Shown here: positions 1 through 13,010 of the stretch, piece by piece
Position numbering within the stretch: the first letter of the stretch is position 1
Layout: the number at the start of each line of letters is the position of its first letter
DNA from: Utricularia gibba
Lineage: Eukaryota > Plantae > Magnoliophyta
Reading direction: 5' to 3'
Length of the DNA stretch: 64,000 nt
NCBI GenBank assembly: GCA_002189035.1
Contig: CM007989.1
Location: 4,712,001-4,776,000 of the forward strand
Position numbers and translations under genes: made by a program
The notes under the pieces: generated by a model
What the model was told of the DNA's origin: nothing
Databases searched by the model: none
Seen by the model: only the letters and a program-made list of their open reading frames with translations

Positions 1-239
1 TGTTAAGGTCAAAGCAACACCATATATATCCTAGAGTTCATAGATGCGATCTTGCAATCTTTGGAAGTTTGGATTATCGAAAGGTTCAATTTTGGAGATA
101 TTAGGAAATGTTTTTTGATGGGTTGTATTGCGCCCAAATTGAAGTGCTGGAATATAGAAGTGACATATGGTATATGGGTATGGACTTTAGCAATGATCAA
201 AAGCAATGGATTGGTGAAGATGGGGGTTGTAGATTGTGG

Positions 240-2640
240 TGGACTGGTTGGACAATAGGGTCCATATTTTGATAAAGATGCACTAGTATGATTAGTGATG
301 GTTGTTCAAAGAGTGATTGTAGATGTATAAATAGAAGTAGGATTACTTGAATCAACATTGAGATCAAATGTCATTAAAAAGATATCATTGTTAGTTGGCA
401 AAAAAATAAGAAAACACTAAGGCAAAAATAGCATATATAGTAATCCAATGTCATAATAGTATTTCTAATCACTTGAATTGATTAGTGACCTTCAGGATTC
501 ATATGGTTCATTATGAAAGGAGACACCTCATTCCATAGAGCAAGAGCAGCCTAAAAAGATACAACGAAGTTAATAAACTTAGGGAAACAAGTCAAGTCCA
601 TCATTTCAAAATCTTATGAGAGATTAGGAATTAGTTGCAATAATCCAAGAGGAAGCCAAGTCTTGGATTCCTTAATTTTTTCAACCAATATTATAATTAA
701 GTATTACAACAAAAGCACTAAAATAAATTGAGCTCCCAATGGATGACTATTTGAGATGCAATAATGTGGTAATAGCATGTTTATTTGAAGGATTTGGCTT
801 TGAAATTTGGAATCTCCTTGCAAAACATTTTTTATCAACCAAATGATAAGGGTGTTGCAAACATTCAACATGAAACTAATGTACTCATACTTGGAAACTC
901 ATTGTAAGTATATCATATGCAATGATAACTATCAAAATAATTATAGAAAAGAAACAATTAAGGATAAAGTCTTCATATTTCTTATGGTGTTTGGCTTTCA
1001 TACCATCACTTGCAGATACATTTATTTAAGATTTTCCTTTCCTAGTTTAAACGAAGTGATAAATCCTTAAGAAAAATGTGATTTTTGTATGTTAGTGAGC
1101 TAAATCCTTTGATTTAGTCCATCCCATGTTCTAACCCAATTTTGAGTCTAGCATCAACCCCCATTATGGAGAGACACAAAGATTTCATACAATTTGCCAT
1201 GTAGCAAGAGGAGCAGGGAGCAATGAGTACACTATCTCGACGGCAGTCTGCAAGTCATGGGCAGGAGCAGTAGAGCTATTAGAGATTGTACTTGCTTTGG
1301 GAAGTGAGAGATGAGTGAAAAAAATGAGAGGAGAGAGAATCGCATGAGAGCTTCGACAACACACACATGAGGGGGGGGGGGGAGGAGAGAGAATCGCATG
1401 AGAGCTTCGACAACACACACATTTCTCCTCCAACACGGAGAACACGAAGAATAGTGAACTACAAAGAAAAAGAAGGGTGATTTTCTGGAGAAGAACCTCC
1501 AACATGAAGAATGAAGATCAAGACCCAATCTAGCGCTACTGTTCCGGACTCTGAATAGTAGCAGACGGAAACCAGAACTATTATTGTTTTACTTTCGTTT
1601 GTTGACGTTTTTAGTTTATGCAACCAACTCTCTCACAATGTCTTTGACATTTTCACTACTTTATGTTAATGTTATCATATTTTGACTTTAATACATGAGT
1701 ACCTAGAACCTTAGGAATGACTTGAGGTAAAGCATGGTGGTGTGGATTTAGGGTAATAATGCAATTTATATTTGTTTCTTAGTTATTGTTTCTATCATTC
1801 CATGAGTAGATCTCAGGATGAGGAACAAGTAGCTTCACAACCCAGATGCTTGATTTAGAAGTAGACCAATAAATCAAGGCAGGAGCAGTAGTTATTATTC
1901 TATGGTAGAACCGGGTAGACCTAATTCTATACACTTTGCATGCGGGTAGCCTAATTGTAATGTTGGTGATGATATTGGGAACTAGCCTAGGTTGTTTAGA
2001 GTTGTGAGTATAGGAACATGGTAAATTAAATTAGGCACCTTAGCACCACATCAGCTGCATACCCCTAAGGCATTTTAATATTACTTTAAGTTAGAACCAG
2101 TACTTGTTACTTTCAACGTTGAGACCTGATCTTATTTATTGAACTTGTTTACCATTGTTAGTCAGAGCTTAGACTAAGACCCATTGTTATTCCGAATTCT
2201 GCATCTATTAAAACACTTAGCAAGCACAGGCTCCTTGTGATCGACCTTGAATTCTACTTTACATTTTGTGTTTAATTTTTATTTTATGAGTATTAGGGCT
2301 TATAAATTTATTTGATAAGGAATTCTATTTTTATTGCAACGATAATAGGAATTTCTGTTTATCATATGTCTTTCCTTCAAATAGTGTGATTGCTTGGTAA
2401 AAGAATGGAAAGTATTACGATGTGAGGACAATGCATCTACAATGATCTATCAAAGATATACATGGCTCCATAGTAAGCAATCCTTCTCATCTTGAAGAGT
2501 AGAATTGCAATTTTATAAATACTTCAAGCAAAGCAATCAACATTCTTGCATCTTATGAAAGAATTAATATGCAATATATTTGCAAATATAAGAAAATTTG
2601 GGTTCCAATTGAATGATTTTACATCATCATTAAGTCTGTT
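240..2640 (+). mobile_element. Highly degenerate LINE (L1-like) remnant, interrupted by LTR copy A (1071-2364)
   Basis: Short broken translations resemble L1 ORF1 (NVIKKISLLVGKKI, ~365-410) and the pre-RT part of ORF2 (SIKDIHGSIVSNPSHLEE, ~2440-2500); many stops. By-eye similarity only. Confidence 0.25.
1071..2364 (+). mobile_element. Athila-like Ty3/gypsy LTR, copy A (5'-truncated)
   Basis: Colinear with copies B, C and D (shared CTAAATCCTTTGATTTAG, CAGTCTGCAAG, GGGTAGACCTA, TTATAAATTTATTTGAT); ends GTTTATCA at 2364. 5' terminus not recognisable. Confidence 0.75.
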
Positions 2641-3032
2641 TTAACGCCATTTCAATTCAAAAGTTTAAGTCATTCCAAAAGGAAACCAAAAGAGCAACAA
2701 TGATAAGCTACATCTCCATCCATAGTATCAAAAGAATAAAAAAAAGGAAAATAAGAGGAAGAATGAAATGAATATGAAAACGGACATGCATAATCAAACA
2801 TGTAAAGATGGCGAAGAAATAACTATACGATCAAAAATAGATGTTTCTTAGTGTGTTCTTAGATCAGGTTCAGTGGTAATTGTCTTTGATATATATAGTA
2901 CAAAACACTAGTAATAAAAGATGATTGAGAAGGTTTTAAAAGAACAGAGTCTTCAATAAAAGAGGATTAAAAATAACACAACAACGGAAATTCACCACTA
3001 CATGTGTTCATTGAACATTTAACAACCCTCTC

Positions 3033-6000
3033 TTGTATCTTGTTCTATTTTCATTGAGCTATGATATAGATGCCACAATTTTTGGTGTATTTTTGAAAAT
3101 TGATGATAGTGATTGTGCAATGTGGAAATTACACATAAAAGCTTTTCTAGTTGAGATGAAACTGTGGGATGTTGTCGAGAATAATCCTCTAGCTTTGGAA
3201 CCAATTATCTATATTATAACTATCCAAATTGGATATGAATTGATAATCTTCTTATGCCTCGATCAATGCAACATTCCTTGAGTGATGACACTCCATGGTC
3301 AAGAGCATTTGAGCCTAACTAAGCTGAAATTTCAAGGAAATAGAACTAACAAAAGAGCCAACAGTCAACAACCTATATCAAGAGTTGAAAAGCTTGAAGA
3401 TGATGCCTTTTGAAATCATTAAGCAATCTGTGATTTGTGTATCTTAATAATAAACTAATTGATACTGCTTGGTTTGATTGTTAATGATTTTTTTTTGTAT
3501 CCAAGAATATTCTACATTCATTAGTGTCACATTCTAAATCAAAAGTAAGTAAGATGAAAAATGGTGCTAATTATAAGAACCTGATAGTAATATGTCTTGC
3601 ATGAAAAAATGGAAACCCTAAGCACAGTGCTAGCTATGTTATTGATTTCCATTCTTCACAAATTAATGCAACAGGCAAGATAGAATATCTCTTTGTGAGA
3701 CTTGAAATAAGTAAGTGACATTAAGTTTTTCCATTTTCTCAATACAACCTTCTCTTCAAATGTATGAGGGAATTGTAAAAGACTGAAAAGAAGAGAAAAT
3801 GAAATAAGAGAAAGAAAATTAATACTCATTATCTCTTTCCAACGACTAACCCTTACAAAAGATCTTAGTCTTAAACTAGCTTGAAAAAAGGTAAAATAGG
3901 GATGTAATTTAGCATAAGGATATTGGATTATCCATTCTTTGGACTACATCTTCTTTGAGTTCCATCTTGTATAGATATTGATTGGGCTTGTATGATAAGT
4001 GGGAAGAGAGAAGTGAGTAACTTGGGTCATGACAAAATGATCTTATCATTATCCTAGAATGTAAAGTCAAAGACTAGGTGAAGAATTCTTTTGAGAAACA
4101 ATAGTTAGATGATCACAAGGTTTGAAATCATTCCTAATAGAGTAGTGGAAGCAAAGCATAAGAAGTTCCTTAATCTCTTTTATTGATTTTGCATGGACTT
4201 CCTTCACTTCTCCTCTCTATTTTCTATCATAACCATCTACAATAAAAAAAGTAGTTGCCATAGATGTATATGAGTGACTGAAGTAGGAAAAATGTATCAT
4301 TTTGATGCTACATAATACAAGTAAAGACATCAAGGGTTTTGAAAGTTGAATGATGATGAATTGGTTAAACTTTTTTTAAGTGAAAAATCTGAATCAAGAA
4401 TAGCATTGGTGTTTTAGCGTTCCAACAATCTCTTAAATTTATTCTTGGTGACAACTCTAGGATCTAATAAAAATATGAAGAAACTACCTTCAACGTATCT
4501 TTCTTCTCCAAAATTTAAAGAAACGAAGTTTGCATGGGCCAAAATTATCAATCATCTTTATAAGATTAATTTCTAGGATGTAAACATCAACGAACTACCA
4601 GTGATACAAAAGTAGAACTGAAGCAAAAGCTGAAATCATCAAGAATAGCTAAAGAGAAGTGCAAGAAAAAGGTAAAATTAGTAGAACCGACTATGTATTT
4701 AATATCTACTATTGAGATCTACAAAAAATACCTATATTGCATTTTAGTGTGAATTTGTGGGAGTTGCTGAAAGAAAATTTGATTAATAGAAATTTGTCTA
4801 ACTAACATTAGTCTAGAAATATTTCCCATAAAAACATTTGTATATTGAACATGCATTCCACAATTATTCAACAAGAAAAAATCGATCCACATAAAGCAAT
4901 AACTTTATAGTTGTAAGTTCTATGCATATGCTAAACTAATTAGGAGTTTGGTCAAAGTGTTTGCAAGTGCTTAAGTAATGAAATAAATCATTTTGAAGTT
5001 GATTATGAAAGCGATAAATGCAATTAGGGAAATTCAAATTAACCTAAACTGAAATTTCTTACTAATACTTATAAGTGTTTGTATTTTAATTGAAATGCAC
5101 TCGTTAGATGCTTTCTAACGCATGCTACATTTAAATCCTATTATAATTGGTGTAATTTTTAATGTTAATGTTTTCTTTCACTCAGTATGCTTTTTCTTTA
5201 GATAGATGAAAAATAGTAACAATTCAGTTTTCATATATGTATTTCTTGCTCTTCTCTCTCGGACTTTCCTTGTAATTTTTCTTTAAAACTTTCAATGTTT
5301 TCAGATTCATGCCCATCAAATATTCCTAGATCATAGATCTTCAAATTCCTCTAGCTCCTTGCATGAAAAAATAAAATAACATAGGTCAACCTTGATTGGG
5401 GTTAGCTTGTAAATTTTTATTGTTGGTTTAATAAATTTTAATGAAAATAAAAACATAAAATACTAAAACATTATACAAGTGTTGATTGAAATTTTACAAA
5501 AGATGAAATTTCTATCAAGTACAACTATCGTGTTTTGTAAATAAGTTTTGAAATATGCAATAAGCATCAAATGGAAATAAAACAATGAATGTTAAATAAA
5601 AAATACATTCCTAGGATTAAAATCCACTTCGTTTCATTCCCCTCCCCTCTAAAGCATGTGTTTTTACCTTATTTCTCATCAAACCAATATATTCAAACAC
5701 CTCAAAGCATAGCATGAAACATATGCTATCAATGTTGAGAACAACGAAAGAGAAATAGATCATCTATGGCAAGTAGTCAAAAGAATGTTTACCCAAACGA
5801 CTTAGTAGATTATATCTCAAAAATGTTCAGCTTAATTAAAAATTTCACAAAACTTGGAGAAGAACAAGAAAATATGGGCACAAATTTTGGAATGTTTTAG
5901 CTTCTCATTTTGATGTTGTATCTAACATATTGGATATAATATGAATTCTAACAACTATTCAGTGGGTTGTGTGCTGATGAATGAAAGATTGGTGCATGCA

Positions 6001-7530
6001 GATGAAACTCATCTTGTATTACAATTTATCAACATGTGAAAGTGAATCACAAGAAAACCAAAATAATTCTCAACTAGTACACCACCAACAATAGAATTAA
6101 ATAAAATACCAATCATAACTACCAAATGGAATCACAATAAAATGGAAGTCAATCTTATTAAAAAAATTATGAGAACTACCATGTAGATGCTCATTTGAAT
6201 TTATCAGATCCATATTCATGTTGTAGAAGGTAAAATTATTACTTCAATAATTGTTTGAGGATCCAAATGCCTTTATGTGATTATTGTGATTAGAAGGATC
6301 AATGGAATAGGTCGTAAATTCAAAAGACAACAACAATAAAGAGAGTATGCTAGAATGAGCAATACCATTCAAGATACATATAAATGTTCAATGTCGTAAC
6401 CACAAAAGCTGGTAAAATGAAAGATATAAATAACTTTACTACTTACGCAAAAATACAATTTTCTCATTAATCAAAGGGAAAACACTAAACAATATATAGT
6501 TGATAGACAATGGATGTGGCAATCATATTTGTAAAAATCAAAATTTGTTTATGCACTTTGAAGAATTAGCAGAGAAATAAAATCAAAATTTATATGGAAA
6601 AAGATTGAGTGTAGTTGGTATGGGTCTAGTAAGAATAAAAGTAAGAAATAAGAGTTTATGTATTAAGTACATGTATTTGCTACTTACGCCCTATCATAAT
6701 TTCCTAAGGGAGTTTGATGTTAATTTCTCACATGAATTACAATGTAGAATCATTAATCCTTTTGGCCTAGTCAATACTGAATAATGTCTTCCAATAATGT
6801 TCGAAAGGGATTTAGCATATTGACAAATTGGAAAAGATGATGAATCATCTCCTAAAATGATCATGGATAATAAAACAAAGAAGCAGTCAAGGTTATGATC
6901 GAAAAGGCTTCATCATATATTTTTAAAAAACCAAGAAGATTTCAGTTATACAAGTAGTATAAGGACTTACATTCTTTGAACTAAATAGTAAAATATGTGA
7001 AATATATTAAGTTAGAAAAAGTCAAACATTGGCATTTGATCGAGGAATAATTATAGCATCAAGATAAATGAAAGTTATGCATACCAACATATGCAATCCT
7101 TTGAAAGAAATCACTCTTGTAGGGAGTAAATATTGCATAGTCTGTATCAATGATTATACAAGATATAATCAAATATTCTTCATAAAGCATAGGTTTGAGG
7201 TGGTAAAAAATTTTAAAATCTTTAAGACCATTACAAAAAAAGTAAGAAAATTAAATTTCTTGAGGTTCAACAATGGTGGAGCATTAATATCGTATCAGCT
7301 TTAGGAAATTTGTGATGAAGAAGGAGTTTTACATCAATTGGCAACCCTCTCTGTACTTTTAAAAAATGATGATGCAAAAAAAAGGAAAGTGACAATTATA
7401 AAGATGGGTGATTGTATGTTATGTGAAAAAAAATATGTACTATTAATACTTGGATTGAGATAGTAAAAATATGATAAATGAAAATCTCTAATATCATTAC
7501 AAATAAAAGAAAACTTCCGTATCAAATAAA
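3033..7530 (+). mobile_element. Degenerate Ty1/copia gag to integrase remnants
   Basis: ORF 3033-3281 contains WKLHIKAFLVEMKLWDVVE (copia gag N-terminus); ORF 7068-7304 contains MHTNICNP..CINDYTRY..FFIKHRFEV..LRFNNGG (degenerate integrase core, cf. HTDICGP/DDYTR/RSDNGG). Intervening DNA may include unrelated pieces. Confidence 0.6.
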
Positions 7531-7554
7531 TTTGTAATACTTAAAACCTCACAA

Positions 7555-8750
7555 AAACAAATTAACACAAATTGTATAACAAATTTTGAAATCTAGCACG
7601 AGAAATAGGTCTTTGCAATGTATTTTTCTAGCTATAGAATTCAGAATAAATTGTACTTTTAGTCCAAGGTCTGACTAATAACCATATGCAAGTTCATTAA
7701 TTAAGATTAGATCTCAATGCCAAAAGTAACCAATACAGGTCTTGTACACAAAATAACACAGATATCTCTAATTCGTTCAAGTGATGCAGTACTCAAATTC
7801 CTAATCTAATCTACAAGAATGTTATATGAACACTCAAAACAGCACAAGCTTGCCTATATTATTCCTTATATTTTTTGTTAAGATGGTCTCTAATATTCTT
7901 ACTCATTTCACACAGATCTACCTTTGTCCAAAACATATAGAACTTGCTCTATTCAGTTCTACTGGTTCTATCCACAACCACTACCTACTATTCTCATCTT
8001 AATTCATTAGTCTATATCTGAATCAAATTTTTGAGCTCAATGCTGGTCACTTTGCCCCTTAAGTGCCCCTTTACCATTTTGTATAAATGTACTCTATCCA
8101 AAAAATATTAAAAACAAAAAGACAATGTACGAAATTGTAGATTGCCTAGCAAAGTCTAAATCGCATCATCTTTACAAACCTTAAATCATTCCTAAAATCT
8201 AGACACTCATGATAAAAAGTACAGTCCTTGTTTCATAAATTGAAAATAGAAGCATGTTCATGGTCACAAATTTTAAAGTAAAACAATAAACATAAAACGT
8301 TTACAACGCATAAAGAAAATAAAGTTCAATTGTGGATTCTCCATTAGCTATTCTGCTTGAAATAATAGCATGGAGTTAGGTTTGGTGCTATAGAGCTCTA
8401 GGTTGAAATCTCCTTCTCAATCGCCTCCTTCCTCCTACTAGAATTTGGTTTCATTTATCTAGAGAGATCTGAAATGAAGTCTCGATTAAAACTAGAAAGA
8501 TATTCTTATTTCGTTTGCACATGCATGGCTATAATTCTATTCCTTCTCTTACATATCTTTCAAAAACCCTCACTGTTGATCTACCACCGTGATACAATCA
8601 TGTTTTCATTTATCAATCACAACTGTGTCACACATGCCAAGGCTCATTATTAATATCCTTCATTCTTCCGAAAATCATAGAGGACCATTTTTTCGAAGAG
8701 GATCTCTTTTATAATTTTGTGTTGCCTACTTTTTCCTACTTTCTGCTATA
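7555..8750 (-). mobile_element. Second copia remnant in opposite orientation (integrase and RNase H pieces)
   Basis: Minus-strand translations: GG..FERYVREGIE (~8520-8600, integrase-like), CDLDFARQSTISYIVF (~8120-8170, RNase H D..D motif), QRPISRARFQNLLYNL (~7560-7620, RNase H end). Confidence 0.45.
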
Positions 8751-9293
8751 TGTACTCCTTTAACCATATTTAAACAGAAATAAATTAAAGAAAGGATCAA
8801 CTAAAACATAATCAAAAGAGATAATTACCTTAATATAAGTAAAATTTAAAATCTATATTATAAATTTTTACTTAAATAATTATAATTACATTTAAACATA
8901 GAAAAAGATCCAAAAGATGATGATAAATCACACTTAACAATCAGTGAATAAGAAATAATAATCATCTTACTTTATATTAAAGATATTTTCATCATAGATT
9001 ATAAACAACAATTTATACAATACCAAAAGTTATTATTAATGCAATATTTTGAAATGAATGACTTGGCAAATGAGTTATTTCCTAGGATTAGAAATTATCT
9101 AGAGGAGAATTGTTTATCTGACAAAAAAAATGCACAAGATCTACTAAAGAAATTTGTGTTAAAAAATATCATAGATATAGCATACCTCTCTCTTCAAATA
9201 CAAAAAGTAGACAAGTATCATGAGGACTCTCATGTATGACCAATGAAATTGAATGTCGAAGTCTCACTGGCAGTTTGATGCATATAATATCTT

Positions 9294-9720
9294 TTTTACA
9301 GTCGAAAATCAGTTCCATTGAGATTGACCGATTTTAGGGTTGCAAAGTAGGTTTGCTGGTATCCGATTTGGAATTTACTGATTTTTATGTTAACGGTGGG
9401 GTGAAAGAAATAAAAGGAGACAATGATTTTTACGGAAAAACCACAAAGCTGATTGAGCTTACCGATGAAAATGGGTTTCACTAATAAAGGAGAAAGTAAG
9501 ACTACAAAAAGTGTATTGAGAGTCCAATCAATTTTTCTTTCAATATTCTACTATTTATAGGAGATGCCCCCTTAGATAGAATACTATAGGTGTCAGTCAA
9601 TTTCTGTACATGAGGAAGGTACATGTGGTGATGATGGATAATTGCTGACTATTTTGATACTTGTGCAATTCAGCTACTTTTCAGTTTTTTTAAAAAAGGG
9701 TGTTGCTACCCTACCCTGCT
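9294..9720 (-). mobile_element. Degenerate LTR of the Tat/Retand family also seen at 41638 and 50387
   Basis: Shares GAAAATC..CCGATTTT, GGAAAAACCAC..AGCT and CTATTTATAGG with the reverse complement of the LTR at 50387-50905; right boundary uncertain. Confidence 0.5.
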
Positions 9721-11774
9721 CTTATCGCTCTCAACTTGCCTTTATGTTGCAAACTATCATAAGCCATCTTCCTATTCCCAACCAAGATGTGGAGTTTCAA
9801 AACTCTTCATTTGCAAGGTAAAAAATGCGAGTAATAATGTCACAACGATCAAATGAGCAACAACTATTAAATGATAGACTGAGATCATTTTTGTATATTC
9901 ATAAAGAAATCATAAATGCACTCTAATGGCTAGCGAATACAAAACTGTATCAATAAGAATACAATGTAAAGTTTTATAGAGTTATTGAGAAATTTGTTGC
10001 ACAATAATGTACTCACATTTCAAGAAACTTAAGCTTGCTTTTAAATAAGAACTATGAATCAAGGACAACATTACTGTTTCAAGAAATCCAACAACTTCTC
10101 AATTTTTTTTTATTTGAAATGCTTGGTTTTTTGGAGGATGGAGCTTGAAATGGGGAGGCTCATTGTCATCTTGCTTCACAACGTCAGCGTGTATAGGGTT
10201 GAATATAACACTACTTTCTTGTTTTTGTAAACAAACAAAAAAAGAAAAGATGAAGAAATAGGAATTATTTGTTCAAATAAACAAATTTAACATTGCATGA
10301 AATTCATACATTTAACTAGCAATTAATTAACTTATATCTCCATTCTATTTTAGTTTTAGCATTTGACTAACCAATTAAAGATTTATATTTCTTATTCATT
10401 GTGGTTTTTTTTTCTTTTATTATGTTATTACTTTATATACTATAATTATCATTGGAGGATACGATTGTAATAACATAAAGAAAGAGCATCTTATTCAACG
10501 TGGCTTCATGATTCCCATTTCTTTTGTTGAGAATCCTCATCCCCATAAGATTCTTCAACTTGTTGAAGCACTAGAGATGCCATGAGATGCACAACTTTGA
10601 TTAATTGAACGATGCACGCCTTTACAAAAATTATGCATATAGTCCTTATTGTTTATCCAAATGACATAATTGATTTTCAAAAATTTATTGTTCATTTCTG
10701 CTATTTCAGAATCTGACAAATCATTCTCCACTATTTTCAATTATATAATAAAATTGTTTTTATGTTAGACTCTAATTTCACTCCCACCTAACGCCCATCG
10801 TGCCTTGCCATGGCTTCGGGTGGTAGGGCCATGCGGGTGGCGGGGGTGCAAGTTGCCTTTGGAGATATGAATAATGGTCATATGTATAGGGACCAAATAG
10901 TAAAATAATGAAAATCAAACATATTTGATTTTTAAATAATTAAAGCTAATTATGATCGATATTCAAACAATGAAGATTAGAGATATTCAAGATTGGAAAC
11001 AGTGAGAATTAATTTTGCTTGATACATTATTTTAAGAATTACGTCTGATATGTCAAACAATAGAAGTTAAATGTATCATTTTTATTAAATAACAGAGTCT
11101 AAATACCTCATGTGCAAACAATTGAACTGACACACTTATAGAGTGAACCTTTTGTGCAAATTGGGAAGTCTCTTTGTCAGAGGTGAATGCATTGGTCACT
11201 TGGGGAGAATCAAAGTTTTAAGTGATACCATGAGGGATGATTCTCTCTTCTTTTGTTGTTGCCCCTCATATTTCATTGAGCTAATGTTATAAATATTATT
11301 TATGATTTGGAGTTTAATCTTTTCATTGCAAAAATATTATAAAAAATAATCAAAATTGTTTAAATTGAATATATTTTTAATTTCTTTTAAAAATTATTAA
11401 ATGGGACTAAAAATCATAGGTTTAAATTAAATTAAATCTAATTTAGGTTCAATCTTGCATTTTAAAACACTATAGCTAACTTGATGATTGATTTATTGGG
11501 AAGAATGAGAATAAGAATGAAGCCAATGTAGTAGATTAATGGTATGGTTGACACTGGTACGGACACTGTATATATAACTTGATATGAACATGAAATACTA
11601 TAGGCAGTGAAGGGTGTGGATGATTCATAGCATATTCTTCACCCGAGTGACGCATCCAAACCAGAGGGCTGGAGAGCAGAGGAACAGCACACATATTATC
11701 GCACACACCGCAGCTCATCTGCAAATGGATAAAAACTCAAATTGCAGAGGCTGCCATGACCCAGTGAACACATA

Positions 11775-12485
11775 CTAATCACATAGCTCCCAATCGATTT
11801 CAAAAGATGGGCAGTTCTCCAAGATCAAACTTAGGAAGCTGATATCGGGTTCTGGATAGTCGCCTGGCTGCTGCTCCACCTTCACTGTTTCTGAACAAAG
11901 ACTGGGCCCTTCTGAACTCCCCTCTTGCTGCTGCTGCTGCTGCTGCTGCTGTTGACAAATGGCTTGAAGCTTTGCGTCAACTGATGAACTCAAGGGGTTG
12001 AAATCAGTGGACTGTGACAAGTGCTGCTGGAAAAGAGGAAAATTGAGCATAGCCAAGTCTCCTCTGAGTTTATAAGCGGCTGTGTCATACGCCAAGGCAG
12101 CTTCTTCCGCCGTGTCGAAAGTCCCGAGCCAAAGCCTGGTTCTGTTTTTGGGAAGCCTGATCTCAGCCACCCATTTCCCCAGTGCCTCTGTCTCACTCCC
12201 CTGAAAAGCTTCATTGGTTTCGGTGCTTTTTCATGATTCTTCATTGTGACGGCTCTTGGTCCACGCAAACTACAGCCCTGATTGGGATTCTCTTTCTGGG
12301 GCCGAAACTGAGCCTTACTTTCAACAACCTGAGAAGGCGTAAACTGATTTGAGAAAACACCGCTAAACGCTAGAGATTCAGATTCAGACCAGAAGTCATC
12401 GCAAGTAGTATTTGAAGCAGAAGTTTCCATGAAAGGTTCAAGTGCCTGCAAAGTTCTCTGTAAGGATCTGAAATAACATCTACAT
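11775..12485 (-). CDS. AP2/ERF transcription factor, group I / DREB A-6 (RAP2.4/ERF060-like), frameshifted as written
   Basis: Pieces in different frames: [11 protein letters not shown] | LQALEPFM (N-terminal EL..ALEPF motif) ... [12 protein letters not shown] | [46 protein letters not shown], then [12 protein letters not shown] and CPSFEIDW. Joining needs single-base insertions at ~12483, ~12451 and ~12175. Confidence 0.9.
11925..11954 (-). repeat. (CAG)n microsatellite encoding a poly-Q run in the ERF
   Basis: TGC repeated on the plus strand; translates to ten Q. Confidence 0.9.
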
Positions 12486-12580
12486 AATGAACACTCAAGA
12501 ACAGCAGAAAATACCAGGAAACTGAAAGCTTGAAAATCACTACACTCCAATAAAAAAAGAAATCAAACTTCTGACGGATT

Positions 12581-12805
12581 TCACGAGCACGGAGACCTGA
12601 AACATAAACAAGAAAGAAGCGAACTGAAGCGATCAGAGCCCTGGAATGGAACCAGCAGGAAAAATCTGACAGAATCACAACTGGTGCCGCAGGGGGAGGT
12701 CCCAATATAAAGAAGAGAAGGCCCATAGCTATGGCCTTTTTGATGAATCCCAAGAGCAGATTTTCTGACCAAAAATTGCGTGAATTTAGAGCCCACTTGC
12801 TGCAC
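12581..12805 (-). other. Candidate non-AUG (GTG) upstream ORF in the ERF 5' leader
   Basis: 74-aa open frame (..KGHSYGPSLLYIGTSPCGTSCDSVRFFLLVPFQGSD..) ending ~95 nt upstream of the inferred ERF ATG; no in-frame ATG. Confidence 0.4.
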
Positions 12806-12822
12806 TCCAATTGAATCCAGTC

Positions 12823-13010
12823 ACGCGGCACGCGCATAGCTAATACCCACAAGCGCTTTGGCACGTTGCGTGATTATGGCAATCAATAGAATGAATTATA
12901 TGGCATCATATTTACCCTGAGTAAAAGTAACCTTTTTTTTTTTTACCTTTAGCCTGTGAATCCAAGATCAACAAATTCTCTTTATGCTCGGAAGAGGGCC
13001 GACGGCACGT
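12823..13010. promoter_or_regulatory. CGCG boxes, DRE core and ACGT element upstream of the ERF
   Basis: ACGCG at 12823 and 12830, GCCGAC at 12998-13003, CACGT at 13006-13010. Short motifs, so function is unproven. Confidence 0.3.

Noticed and set aside
10500-10740. Minus-strand 61-aa ORF with possible transposase flavour
   Set aside because: Could not match a specific family motif with confidence.
12370-12864. 164-aa minus-strand ORF upstream of the ERF
   Set aside because: Non-ATG start and low-complexity leader sequence; only its end ([11 protein letters not shown]) belongs to the frameshifted ERF N-terminus.
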